Source of the DNA: a virus
Lineage: Duplodnaviria > Caudoviricetes
Reading direction: 5' to 3' (one strand)
DNA: 27,371 bases
IMG/VR virus record: IMGVR_UViG_3300037603_000044
Location: 1-27,371 of that record
Below the pieces are notes generated by a model. The model had not been told where the DNA came from. It ran no database searches and worked only from the letters and a program-made list of their open reading frames with translations. The position numbers and the translations under genes were made by a program. Below, one piece after another: positions 1 to 9,189 of this stretch. Positions within the stretch are counted from its first letter, which is position 1, and the number at the start of each line of letters is the position of its first letter.

Positions 1-1
1 G

Positions 2-1039
2 CCGGTCGGCGACGCCCGTCGCCGACTCGCCCTCGTTCGCAATCGGCAGCGGCCGGCCCATGCGCGGCAGCACGGCCATGCGGTAGCCCGCCGCCTCGCA
101 GACCTGGTGGATCGCGTCGAAGACGCCCAGGTTCTGCACGTCCACCTCGGGCAGCAGCTTGTCCAGGCCGCCCCACCTGTCCCCGCTGGCGTCGTCGGTG
201 AAGAGCGCGCTGTAGGTCTCCGGTTCGAGGTCGACCGCGCGGGGCAGCTCGCCCTGGGCGTCGCCGCCGGCCGACTCCAAGATCCCGAACAGCCAGCACA
301 CGACCAGGTGCCGCAGCGCCTCCTTGACCGTCCAGTACTCGGCGGCAGGATCACCCCCGGAAGCGCCACCGTCCGAGCTGAACAGGTACGCCTGCATGAC
401 GTTGGGCGCTTCGCCGGTGTCCGCGTCGACCTTGGGCGCGGCGCTTCGGTTGGGCCTGCCGCCGGCGTTGAAGACGCACGGCAGCGACGGCCCGTCGATG
501 AGCACAGGCGTCGGCGTGGTGCCCTGGGCGTACCAGCGGCCGATGACGTAGTGCTCGGGCCGCAGGTTGTCGATCGCCGCGACGTCGGTGCCCACCAGCG
601 TGACGGTTTCGGACTCGTCGCGCGTTGCCGTCGCGCCGCTCATCCCGAAACCAGTGATCTGAAGCGAGCCCTCGAAGACGACGACGCCCGTCCCCTCCTT
701 GGAGGTCGGGTCCGGGTCGGTGGCGACCGAGGTGCCCACCGTTGGCGGGACCATGACGACGCGGACCTGGTCGTCAGGCCCGTAACCAAAAAGCCCCAGC
801 TCGAAGCCGTCGATCACGCCGTCGAGCGGGAGGCGTTCAAAGTCCGCGGTGCCGCTGCGCGGCCAGGCACCCATGCGAAGTTCGTTGAAGCGCAGGTTGC
901 CCGCTAACGACCAGCCGTTCTCGGCGTCCGACGCCGAGTCGATGATGCCGCCTTCCGGAGGCGTGCCGTACACGGCCTTGACGTAGACGTCGAAGACCGC
1001 GGCGGGCATCGTCTGGTTGGGGGTGTTGAGCGCAGTCAT
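2..1039 (-). CDS. Putative tail/baseplate hub protein, runs off the left edge (not in ORF track)
   Basis: ATG 1039 overlaps TGA of upstream gene (ATGA); open frame MTALNTPNQTMPAAVFDVYV... to the edge; position after tape measure and distal tail gene. Confidence 0.7.
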   Translation of the reverse strand, partial: MTALNTPNQTMPAAVFDVYVKAVYGTPPEGGIIDSASDAENGWSLAGNLRFNELRMGAWPRSGTADFERLPLDGVIDGFELGLFGYGPDDQVRVVMVPPTVGTSVATDPDPTSKEGTGVVVFEGSLQITGFGMSGATATRDESETVTLVGTDVAAIDNLRPEHYVIGRWYAQGTTPTPVLIDGPSLPCVFNAGGRPNRSAAPKVDADTGEAPNVMQAYLFSSDGGASGGDPAAEYWTVKEALRHLVVCWLFGILESAGGDAQGELPRAVDLEPETYSALFTDDASGDRWGGLDKLLPEVDVQNLGVFDAIHQVCEAAGYRMAVLPRMGRPLPIANEGESATGVADR

Positions 1040-1461
1040 GCCAGCACCTGAAAAATGAAGCGGGCGCGGATGCGTGCGCCGGCGGGGTCCTCGGTTCCCT
1101 GGTCGATCTTGTAGGCCAAGGGGTACGGGTCGAGCACCTCGAAGAACAGCGGGGCGACGACGTAGGTCTTGTCGTGGATGGTGACCGTGGTCTGGTGCGT
1201 CTGGGCGACCCACGCGCGGTGCTGCTCGATCAGCTCGTGCATGAGCGTGAAGCTGTCGGCGCGCAGCACGCCGGTGATCGGAAGCGTGCTTTGTCGGCCG
1301 GCCCCTTTCATGACGAACGGCCGGTCGCTGCCGGGGAAGTAGTTCACGCCCACCGACGGCCGGCCGGGCTGCACGCCGTGGCGCGTGTCCTGGTACTCGA
1401 AGCCGTCGAGCTGTGTGTTGCCGACCTTGAACTTGGCCAGCTCGGGATCGGGAAGGGTCAT
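1036..1461 (-). CDS. Putative distal tail protein, 141 aa
   Basis: ATGA-coupled on both sides; immediately follows tape measure gene. Confidence 0.6.
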   Translation of the reverse strand: MTLPDPELAKFKVGNTQLDGFEYQDTRHGVQPGRPSVGVNYFPGSDRPFVMKGAGRQSTLPITGVLRADSFTLMHELIEQHRAWVAQTHQTTVTIHDKTYVVAPLFFEVLDPYPLAYKIDQGTEDPAGARIRARFIFQVLA

Positions 1462-3407
1462 ACGCGGTCCCTCCCGTCCAAGTGGTCATAAAGCGGGTTG
1501 CCCAGGGCCTGGTAGTTCGTGCCGTTGTTGATCGACAGGCGGTCGATGCGGACGACGGTCTGCTGGCCGGCGTTGATGCCGCGAGCTTCCATCGCGCGGA
1601 TGATCTGATCGGCCAGGCCGTCGCGATCCGCCGGGTCGAGGAAGCTGGACTGGTCGACGGGTTCTTCTTCGCCGTTCGCGGGCAGGCGCGGGCCTTGTTC
1701 GAGGCCGCGTTCGACGGGGTCCTGCAGGAAGTCCGAGTCGGCTTGAAACTCTGTGCCAAAGAACTGTTGAGGGTTTAGCGGCAGGCGGACACCGAGCCCC
1801 GGGATGCGTGGCGACTTCACCCCCGCGCGCGTCTGCTCGGCGTAGTTCGCGGCAACGGCTGGCGACTTCCCGCGTGCGATCTGTGTATCGAACTCTTCTA
1901 GGATCGCCTTGCGATCCGCCTCGGTGATGTTTCCTTCGTTGATTTGTGTCGCCAGCTCGCGCTCGACGATCGCGCGGGCCGCGGACGCCTGAGCCGCGCG
2001 GGTGCTGTTTGACCTGACAGACTGTGCTTCCGACTCGGCCTGTTTTGCGAGCAGGTTGAACGCCTGGATCGAACCGGGCTCGAACAGCGAAGCGGCTTTG
2101 TCCGCCGCGATGCTGCCCTCGAACGACTGCGCTCGATCGACGGCGCTCACCGAGGCGAGGAAGTTTTCAAGCTTCGTCGGGTCGGCGAGCGCGGAAAAGA
2201 CCGGCGCGGCCTCGCGCCCGCCGAGCGTTTCGAGCTGGGCGTCGGTGATGTTGCCGGCGGCACGCTGCTCGGCGATCTGCTTTAACGCCGCGATGACGTT
2301 TTCGCGGTCGATCCCGAGCTGGTTGAGCAGCTCGTTGCCCTCCGGCGTGCCCTTGCCCCGGATCGCAAACAGGACGTTGCGCAGGCCGGTCGTCGCCTGC
2401 TCGTTGGGCAGGCCCAGCCCCGTGCCCGCGGCGGCGAAGCCCGCGGCCTGGCCGGTGTCCAGGCCACCGATCTGGCGACCGACGCCGACGAAGCGGCCGA
2501 TCTCTGCGGCCAAGCGACCCGGCTCCGCTTCACCCGCCTGCTGGATCGACTCTTGCAGGATGTTGCCCGACGCCCGCGTGTCGCCCGTCTCGCGGTACAG
2601 CACCGACAAGCCCTGGGCCAGGTCGGTGAGCGGCGCGTCGGTGAGCTGGCCCGCCGCGCTGACTTCCTGGATGAGGGATTGAATCTCTTCCGCGTCAGCA
2701 TTAGGGAACTGGCTACGGAACACGCCCGCAACGCGGAAAACTTCGCCAGGGTCGCGGCCGGAGACGGCCGCCGCCGATTCGAGGTTGCGCAGCGTCTCGG
2801 GGTCTTCCACGCCCTGCAGCGCGACGAAGTTCAGCCGCGCCTCCGCCAGTTCGCGCACGAGCGTGATCTGCTCGCGCAACCCTTCCTTGGCCGACTCGAT
2901 GTCGGAGATCCACTGCTGGTACGCCGCAACGACACCACCCGCGCCGACCAGGCCGGTGGCGAGCGCCGCGAATTGCCCGGTCGCGTCGCCAGCGATCCGG
3001 GTCAGAAGGCTTTGCGACTGAGCCGCCTCGGCCGATCCGGTCGCCGCGTCACGGACTGCCTCGTTGGTGCGACGCTGCACGCGCTCTTCATCCGCCAGAA
3101 CGCTAGACAGCCGGCGGATTCGGTTTTCGCGACGTTGTGCCGCGCGCTGATCTTCCTCGGTCGCCTGCGTGCCCTGCTCGATCTGCTGCTCATAGCGGTC
3201 CTGAGCGCGGACGGTTTCTTCGAGCCGCTGACGGATGGACCGCAGCCGCTGCTCACGCGATCGCTCGGCGCGTTCGGCCTGGCCGGTCTCCCTGGCCGAA
3301 TCCCGCGTGGCGTCTTTGAGCCCGTCCAGCGCGCGCTCGGTCTGCTCGACGCCGCTGGTGTCGGCGGTCGTCTCGATGCGTTGCTGGATGGGCTTGGGGT
3401 CGGCCAT
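1458..3407 (-). CDS. Tail tape measure protein, 649 aa
   Basis: N-terminal IETTADTSG motif then coiled coil; Ala/Gly/Gln-rich helical core (EQATTGLRNVL...LNQLGI); position after tail tube-like gene. Confidence 0.8.
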   Translation of the reverse strand: MADPKPIQQRIETTADTSGVEQTERALDGLKDATRDSARETGQAERAERSREQRLRSIRQRLEETVRAQDRYEQQIEQGTQATEEDQRAAQRRENRIRRLSSVLADEERVQRRTNEAVRDAATGSAEAAQSQSLLTRIAGDATGQFAALATGLVGAGGVVAAYQQWISDIESAKEGLREQITLVRELAEARLNFVALQGVEDPETLRNLESAAAVSGRDPGEVFRVAGVFRSQFPNADAEEIQSLIQEVSAAGQLTDAPLTDLAQGLSVLYRETGDTRASGNILQESIQQAGEAEPGRLAAEIGRFVGVGRQIGGLDTGQAAGFAAAGTGLGLPNEQATTGLRNVLFAIRGKGTPEGNELLNQLGIDRENVIAALKQIAEQRAAGNITDAQLETLGGREAAPVFSALADPTKLENFLASVSAVDRAQSFEGSIAADKAASLFEPGSIQAFNLLAKQAESEAQSVRSNSTRAAQASAARAIVERELATQINEGNITEADRKAILEEFDTQIARGKSPAVAANYAEQTRAGVKSPRIPGLGVRLPLNPQQFFGTEFQADSDFLQDPVERGLEQGPRLPANGEEEPVDQSSFLDPADRDGLADQIIRAMEARGINAGQQTVVRIDRLSINNGTNYQALGNPLYDHLDGRDRV

Positions 3408-3414
3408 GGGGTTG

Positions 3415-3456
3415 GAGTAAGGAGCGGGGAGTTAGGAGCGAGGAGCGAGGAGCGGA
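3415..3456. repeat. Imperfect heptamer tandem repeat (AGGAGCG-type) upstream of tape measure start
   Basis: ggagta aggagcg gggagtt aggagcg aggagcg aggagcg ga. Confidence 0.8.
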
Positions 3457-3474
3457 TACTTCCGGGGGCGGGGG

Positions 3475-3885
3475 TCAGGCCGTGTCGGCGATCGCAACGT
3501 TGGTGGCTTCCCAGTCGTAGACGGCGTCTTCGAGGCTGGTGCGGTTCGCGCCGAAACCAACGCCCTTGATCAGCATGTTGGTGATCGTGAGTGTCTTGGT
3601 GTTGCTGGCGTGAGTGATGTCGCGGATGATCATCGTGGCCGATGCGATCGTCGTGCCGATGAGCGCGTTGGCGTTGGGCCCCGCCAGCAGGACCTGACCG
3701 GACCACGGCGGCGTGGTCGACTCGACCTCTTCGAGCCGCGTCGGTTCCAGGTCACCTTCCAGGATCGAAGCCACGGTTGGCCGCGGGTTCTTTCGCCCGC
3801 GAATCTGCTTGACGCCCTTATAGGTGTCGGTGCCGTCGCTGAAGGTGCCCGGCTTGAGGAGGTGAAACTCTGCGATGTCTGCCAT
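3475..3885 (-). CDS. Putative tail tube/major tail protein, 136 aa
   Basis: Beta-rich Thr-rich protein, AAAGGA RBS, between neck genes and tape measure. Confidence 0.55.
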   Translation of the reverse strand: MADIAEFHLLKPGTFSDGTDTYKGVKQIRGRKNPRPTVASILEGDLEPTRLEEVESTTPPWSGQVLLAGPNANALIGTTIASATMIIRDITHASNTKTLTITNMLIKGVGFGANRTSLEDAVYDWEATNVAIADTA

Positions 3886-3943
3886 GTCGAAGTCCTTTCG
3901 TTAAGCGGGGCCGGCCTGGCCCCGCGTGGTGTGTGTCCCTGGC

Positions 3944-4426
3944 CTACGCCTCGTCCGCGCCGACCGCGGCCGCGCTGCCCGTGACGGTCCAGCGCTCGCC
4001 GATCACGCTGGTGCCGTCGAAGTCGTCGCCGTCGCTGGGCCTGATCCCGCCCTTGTCCTGGGCCGGGAACGCCAGGCCCTCGAACTGCGAATTGAAGTGG
4101 CTGTCGTCGTCTTCGATCCCGATCGCGAGGCTGCGCCGCATCGCGTAGTACGTCGCGATCGCCTGCTCGAGCTCGGTCTCGCTGACCTTGCCCTCGTCCT
4201 TGAAAAACACGATGCCCGTGACGACCTCCGCGCCGTCATGGATCTCGCGCCCGTCCTCGAAGCGGATCGGGTCCGCGGCGAACCAGACGAACATCGCGTA
4301 GGGCCCCTTGTTCATCGCGCGGTGGGGCCAGCCGATGTAGGCGTCGGGCGCCTTGGCCGGCTTGCCCGAGTTCATCTCGTCGCGGAAGGCGCGCAGCACG
4401 CGCAGCAGCCAGGCGTTCTGACTCAT
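3944..4426 (-). CDS. Putative tail terminator/completion protein, 160 aa (start MSQNAW)
   Basis: ATG 4426 overlaps upstream stop; start corrected from track ORF 3944..4789; synteny. Confidence 0.6.
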   Translation of the reverse strand: MSQNAWLLRVLRAFRDEMNSGKPAKAPDAYIGWPHRAMNKGPYAMFVWFAADPIRFEDGREIHDGAEVVTGIVFFKDEGKVSETELEQAIATYYAMRRSLAIGIEDDDSHFNSQFEGLAFPAQDKGGIRPSDGDDFDGTSVIGERWTVTGSAAAVGADEA

Positions 4427-5130
4427 GACGCACCCCCTGGTATTGCACGCGCGATCGCGTCGGCGAGCAGCTGCTGGCCGCGCGGCATCATGCGCTGCAC
4501 GCCCTTGGCCAGGGCGTCGGTGCCCTCGATCACGACCTGGTCCTTGAGGACGAAGTAGAGCTTGCCCTTGGCGTCGCCCTGGCGCGAGACGCGCCCGTCG
4601 TTCTGGTAAACCGTCTTCTTGTACGTCGCCCGGCCGCCGCCCTCGGTCTTCGGGTCCTCGACGAAGACGACGGTGTTGCCCTTCTTGGACTCGAAGATCT
4701 TCACCCGGTCGCCGAAGGTGTCGAACAAGGCGCGCGGCGTGTAGCGCGCGATGCCGGACGGGGTGAGATTGGCGGCGACCGGCACCCACAGGTGCTTGGC
4801 GCGCTTGGGCGTGATGGTCGTCTTGTCCGGGCCGAGGATCGCCCGCGCGTACGGCGTCGTCGTGCCGCGGTTCGTGCCCACGAAGCCGCCCAGCGGCTTG
4901 TCGACCTCGCCGGTCACCGCCTGGCGCAGTGCGCCGCTGCGCACGCCGACTTGGTCCTTGCTTCCGGGGGTGCCGCTCAGCTCGTTGGCCTTGATCGACG
5001 ACTCGGCCTCGTTGACGAACTGGACGAAGGCGCGGTCCAGTTCATCGACCAGGCGGCGGCTGGTGCCGTCCCACTGCGCGAGCAGCGCGGACGACTCGGG
5101 CGTGAAGCCGATGCTGATCGCGACGGCCAT
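4423..5130 (-). CDS. Neck/virion morphogenesis protein (HK97 gp10/Mu gpG-like)
   Basis: RSGALRQAV, VGTN..PYAR and TITPKRAKHLWVP motifs; GGAG before ATG 5130 (alternative GTG 5154). Confidence 0.65.
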   Translation of the reverse strand: MAVAISIGFTPESSALLAQWDGTSRRLVDELDRAFVQFVNEAESSIKANELSGTPGSKDQVGVRSGALRQAVTGEVDKPLGGFVGTNRGTTTPYARAILGPDKTTITPKRAKHLWVPVAANLTPSGIARYTPRALFDTFGDRVKIFESKKGNTVVFVEDPKTEGGGRATYKKTVYQNDGRVSRQGDAKGKLYFVLKDQVVIEGTDALAKGVQRMMPRGQQLLADAIARAIPGGAS

Positions 5131-5150
5131 GAGGAGTACTCCGAATCGGT

Positions 5151-5780
5151 TCACAACTGGACCCTCCGGTAACGGCCCGCGGCGGCGATGAGCGCGGGGT
5201 GGGTCTCGACGTCGCCGAGCTGGCCCGACGCGCCGCCCGCCTCGATCCCCTTGAGCCCCGCGGTCTTGCGCAGATTGAAGAGCTGCACCGCCTGGATCAC
5301 GTTGGCCCGCTGCAGGTCCTCGGGCGGCTCGATCCCCCCGGAAGGCGCCTCGTCGTCGGGGTCATAAAAGCCGGTGGTCGCGACGACCTGGTTGGCCCGC
5401 TCGCAGTTCGTCCACCAGTCGTCGAAGAGCCCGATGAGCGCCAGCTCGTCGGACGCGACGTAGTAGTCGGTGTCTTCGACCAGGGCCGTCGCGGCGTCGA
5501 ACTCCGCCGGCGTCGACGGCACGTAGAGGCGCTTGACGCTGGTGATCGATTCCAGCGGCCGGCGGTCCAGGCCGACCACTTTCGAGCGGTCGCCGGCCGG
5601 CAGCGGGTAGAAGGTGCGGTCGACGGTGCGGCGCAGCCCGCCGTCGACGACGCCGGCGACGCGCTCGGTGATCGACGCGCACACTTCGAGGATCGACGTC
5701 AGTTCGTCGTCCCGCTCCGTGCTGTCGTAGATCTCAAGGGCGGTCTTGAGGTCGTCGAGTTTCGCGAGCTTGTTGGCCAT
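5151..5780 (-). CDS. Head-tail connector/adaptor (HK97 gp6-like), 209 aa
   Basis: LAKLDDLKTAL..ERDDELTSIL N-terminus, RPLESITSV, PEDLQRA..., ends GRYRRVQL. Confidence 0.75.
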   Translation of the reverse strand: MANKLAKLDDLKTALEIYDSTERDDELTSILEVCASITERVAGVVDGGLRRTVDRTFYPLPAGDRSKVVGLDRRPLESITSVKRLYVPSTPAEFDAATALVEDTDYYVASDELALIGLFDDWWTNCERANQVVATTGFYDPDDEAPSGGIEPPEDLQRANVIQAVQLFNLRKTAGLKGIEAGGASGQLGDVETHPALIAAAGRYRRVQL

Positions 5781-5782
5781 GC

Positions 5783-5816
5783 GGGGCAGGGGCGAGGGGC
5801 TAGGGATCAGGGGCGA
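5783..5816. repeat. Imperfect heptamer tandem repeat (AGGGGCN-type) upstream of connector start
   Basis: ggggc aggggcg aggggct agggatc aggggcg a. Confidence 0.7.
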
Positions 5817-5831
5817 AAACTTCCGGGGGCG

Positions 5832-6098
5832 TTAAACCGGCTCGGCGGGGATCTGCCGGCGGCGGACCTCGTCGGCCGTCGCGTCGATCGCGGTGCCCTT
5901 CTTCAGGACGACGCCGTTCTCCTTCTTGAAGTCGGCGGTGAGCCGGTAGCGCACCTTCTTGTGCTTGTCCGCGAGCGCGGCGAGGTCCTTGGCCGGCTTC
6001 GCCGCCGGGTCGGTTTCCGGATGCGGTGCCGACGCCTGGTCGCCGGCGGGCTCGGCCGCGGGCTTGCGCGTTTTGCTCTTCGTCTTCTTGTCGCTCAT
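5832..6098 (-). CDS. Small head-associated hypothetical protein, 88 aa (start MSDKKT)
   Basis: GAGG RBS before ATG 6098; low-complexity N-terminus; between decoration and connector genes. Confidence 0.65.
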   Translation of the reverse strand: MSDKKTKSKTRKPAAEPAGDQASAPHPETDPAAKPAKDLAALADKHKKVRYRLTADFKKENGVVLKKGTAIDATADEVRRRQIPAEPV

Positions 6099-6202
6099 GG
6101 CGTTCCTCGTCGTGGTGTCACTGGGCCGGATCATCCGGTCGCGCTGGTTGGGGAAGTTCGGTTGCATGTCGATGCCTCTTCGAGCCGGGTTTGAAGCCTC
6201 CT

Positions 6203-6235
6203 CAAAACGCTCTGCGGGCGGTCACCCGCAGAGCG
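6203..6235 (-). terminator. Probable intrinsic terminator after capsid/decoration genes
   Basis: 11-bp stem cgctctgcggg/cccgcagagcg followed by TTTT on minus strand. Confidence 0.6.
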
Positions 6236-6257
6236 CCAAGTTCCGGGGTTCCGGGGG

Positions 6258-6713
6258 TCAGCTCACGATCTCGGCGACGCTGGCCGCGTCGTTGTCACTC
6301 GCGACGCCGTAGGCCGGCCAGAGACCGAGCACCAGCGCGCCGACGTCCGAGGACGCCGTGCCCACGGTCAGGGACAGCCGGAAGTGCGTGAACGCGTTGG
6401 CCACGTCCAGCTCTTCGGGCGCGAGGTTGATCACCGCCTGCTTGTCGCTGTCGTCGGTACCGGCCTGAGTCAGCTGCGTGATGGCCTTGCCGGCGATGTC
6501 CTTCGCGCCCGTGCCCGATCCATCGGTCGCCTGTTCGAGCTTTGCGTCGATCGTGGCGTTGGTGCCCAGCGTGCCGGCCTGGACGATGGCCTGGTACTGG
6601 TTGAAGTCCTTGGCCGCGATCCAGCCGGTCGTGACGGTGCTTGCGCCGGTCGCGTCGGGGTCGATGACGCCGAGCACGGCGAGGGCGTCGGAGGCTTTTT
6701 TGGTGGGGTCCAT
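6258..6713 (-). CDS. Putative capsid decoration/cement protein, 151 aa
   Basis: Beta-rich, TIDAKLEQATDGSGTGAKDI motif of proteins commonly encoded right after major capsid genes. Confidence 0.7.
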   Translation of the reverse strand: MDPTKKASDALAVLGVIDPDATGASTVTTGWIAAKDFNQYQAIVQAGTLGTNATIDAKLEQATDGSGTGAKDIAGKAITQLTQAGTDDSDKQAVINLAPEELDVANAFTHFRLSLTVGTASSDVGALVLGLWPAYGVASDNDAASVAEIVS

Positions 6714-6783
6714 GGTGTGTCTCGCTTTATGTGTTTGAAGTAGTGCTTTCGCTTGGTCGCCCGTGGTGCTATCGTGAGTCCAT

Positions 6784-6834
6784 CACCCGGTCGCCCGGGT
6801 GCAAGGCCCCGCCGAGGCGTCACTCGGCGGGGCC
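6784..6834 (-). other. Two tandem GC-rich hairpins after major capsid gene (mRNA stabiliser/pause)
   Basis: ggccccgccgag/ctcggcggggcc (6805-6834) and cacccgg/ccgggtg (6784-6801); no clear U tract on minus strand. Confidence 0.55.
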
Positions 6835-6852
6835 GTTTACTTGGTTTTGGGA

Positions 6853-8187
6853 TCAGGATCGCGTGTCGAGCGTGACGAACGCCGACAGCTTCTTGCTGCC
6901 CTTGTCCGGGTCGATCGAGTTGACCAGCTTGGGGAAGCCGCCCATGCGGTAGGTCATCTTGAAAGCGGTCAGGTCCTGGTCGAACCAGAGATGCATGCTG
7001 GAGGCGGTCTTGATGCCGCCGGCCTTCTCCAGGACCTTGTACATGCCGAGCGCCGCGAGGACGACGTCGCCCTTGGTCCCCAGCGTCTGGCAGTGCTGGC
7101 CGGGCACGATCGGCCGGCCCTTGAGACGGCCGTTGATGTCGTCGTCACGCAGGCCGTTCGGCCCGACGTAGACCGGCTGGTCGCCGATCGCCAACGCGTC
7201 GAGCTGCGGCTGCACGTCGTCGTTCATCAGCCAGACGCAGTTGCGCCGCTTCCACGACGAGGGGATGCGCGCCCACATGTTCGAGACGTTGTCCTGGACG
7301 AACGTCGCGGCGGACTGCCCCGACTTTTTGGCGACCGACACCAGCGCGGCGGTGTGTGTCAGGATGCCCAGGGGCTGACCGACGCCGGTGCCGTTGACGA
7401 TCGCCTCGTCGCCCTTCCAGGCGATCTTGTCGCGGCCTTCGGCCATCAGCTCGCTGGCGAGGTACGGCGTGTCTTCGAGCGACTCTTCGCTGACCGGCAC
7501 GAGTACCGACAGTTTGAACAGCCGGCGCGTGATCGGTTCGAGTTCGGGCTTGGACTGGGTGATCGCGGAGGCTTCGTTTTCCCAGTATGCCTGGACGCCG
7601 GAGCTGTCCCAAGCGCCCTTGGACTTGTTGACTTGGTCGACCACGCTGTTGCCCCCGACTTCGCGCCGGTCGCAGCGCGAGATCAGGTCCGAGTCGTCGA
7701 GCGCGCCCTGCCACAGTTCCTGGCCGAAGTCCGGCGGGATGTAGCCGACGTCCGAGGTGTTGCTCGTTACCGCCGGGTCGCCGGCGGCGGCCTTGTCGAT
7801 CTTCTCGGCGGTCTCCTTAGACTTGAGCAGGCGCTCATCGATGTTGGCGCTGCGCCCGTTGTCCGACGCGCGCACGGCCTGGGCGAACTCGCCCAGGCTC
7901 TTGAAGCCCCACTTGCCCTCGTCGTCGTTGCGCGGCGTGCCGCCGGTGATCTTGACCTGGTCGACTTTCGCTGAGAGGTCCTTGATCGTTTTCTCCAAGC
8001 CCTTGATCGGCGAGTTGTCGCCTTCGAATTGGCCGCGCAGCTCCTCGAGCGCCGACTTGAGCGACTCGACGGCTTCGGCGTCGGCCTTCTGCGCGTCGAT
8101 CGCCTCGGCGATCTTTTGCAGGCCTTCGGCCGCGGTCAGCTCTTTGCGGCTGACCTGTTCCATGATCTCTTTGATTTTCTTGTTCAT
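6853..8187 (-). CDS. Major capsid protein, HK97 fold with N-terminal coiled-coil (delta-like) domain, 444 aa
   Basis: GFKSLGEFAQAV, GYIPPDF, KLSVLVPVSEESLED, NGTGVGQPLGIL, HLWFDQDLTAFK; AAGGA RBS before ATG 8187. Confidence 0.93.
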   Translation of the reverse strand: MNKKIKEIMEQVSRKELTAAEGLQKIAEAIDAQKADAEAVESLKSALEELRGQFEGDNSPIKGLEKTIKDLSAKVDQVKITGGTPRNDDEGKWGFKSLGEFAQAVRASDNGRSANIDERLLKSKETAEKIDKAAAGDPAVTSNTSDVGYIPPDFGQELWQGALDDSDLISRCDRREVGGNSVVDQVNKSKGAWDSSGVQAYWENEASAITQSKPELEPITRRLFKLSVLVPVSEESLEDTPYLASELMAEGRDKIAWKGDEAIVNGTGVGQPLGILTHTAALVSVAKKSGQSAATFVQDNVSNMWARIPSSWKRRNCVWLMNDDVQPQLDALAIGDQPVYVGPNGLRDDDINGRLKGRPIVPGQHCQTLGTKGDVVLAALGMYKVLEKAGGIKTASSMHLWFDQDLTAFKMTYRMGGFPKLVNSIDPDKGSKKLSAFVTLDTRS

Positions 8188-8245
8188 CGCGTGCGTCCTT
8201 GCAGGGTGGGTTTGTGTTGTCCGTGTAGCGTTCGCCGACAGCGCG

Positions 8246-9187
8246 TCAGGCGAACATCGCGTCGAGCGGGTCGGCCGACTTGGCCTCGCCGCCGTCGTGT
8301 TCATCGCCTGTCGGGTCGTCGTCGAACGCCCGGCCGTACAGACCCTCGGAGTCAGCCACGTAGCCGGCGATGAGCTTGGCGAAACGTGGCCCCACACTCT
8401 CGGGGTCGGAGAAGATCTTGAGGAGCGCGGCCTCGACCGCCGGCTGCAGCGCTGCGTCGAAACCCGCTTTGATGTCCTTGTTGATTTCCTCGGCGATGGC
8501 CTTTGCGATCGCGGCCGACTGGCCGGCGTCGTGTTCGCCCATGTCTTCGCCGACCAGCGCGGCGGCGGCCGAGGCGACCGAGCCGAAGCCCGCGGCCTTG
8601 AGTAGCGCCTGGCGGTTCGCCGGCACCGCGACGATGGAGATCTCGATCAGCTCGATCTTGGTGAACTTGCGGACGGACTTCTTCGCTTCGCCGCTACCGA
8701 CCTCGGCCATCTCCCAGGCCCGGACCAGGAAGCCGATCGAGCAGGCCCGCAGGTCGCCGGAGCGCACCAGCTGCCAGTACTCCTCGCCGAGCTTGGACGT
8801 GTTGAACTTGCAGACGCCGATCACCCGGTCGCCGTCGCGGCGGATGCTGACCCAGCGGCCGATGACCGTCGACTCGCCGGCGAAGCCGGAGTGCTGGTGC
8901 GCCGCGAGCATGACCGGGTTCTGCATGAACGCCTTGACGGTCTCGCGGTCAAAGGCCTTGGGGTCGACGATCTCGCCGTAGCGATCGACCTCGCCGGAGC
9001 TGATGACGAACTCGACGGTGCGGTTGGCCTCGTCGATGCCCTTGGCGACCTCGTTGCCCGCGTCGTCCTTGGCCCACTCGATGAACATTCGGGTGAAGCC
9101 CAGGTCGCCGTCTTCGGGCGTGATCTCGGCGTGTCGCTGGTCGAGGATCTTCGTGCCTGGGATGTAGCGTTGTGCGTTCGCAACCAT
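8246..9187 (-). CDS. HK97-family prohead protease
   Basis: VDRYGEIV, NPVMLAAH, CSIGF, ELIEISIVAVPAN motifs. Confidence 0.92.
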   Translation of the reverse strand: MVANAQRYIPGTKILDQRHAEITPEDGDLGFTRMFIEWAKDDAGNEVAKGIDEANRTVEFVISSGEVDRYGEIVDPKAFDRETVKAFMQNPVMLAAHQHSGFAGESTVIGRWVSIRRDGDRVIGVCKFNTSKLGEEYWQLVRSGDLRACSIGFLVRAWEMAEVGSGEAKKSVRKFTKIELIEISIVAVPANRQALLKAAGFGSVASAAAALVGEDMGEHDAGQSAAIAKAIAEEINKDIKAGFDAALQPAVEAALLKIFSDPESVGPRFAKLIAGYVADSEGLYGRAFDDDPTGDEHDGGEAKSADPLDAMFA

Positions 9188-9189
9188 GC

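Noticed and set aside
107-907. 266-aa plus-strand ORF
   Set aside because: Shadow of the edge-truncated minus-strand tail gene 2..1039
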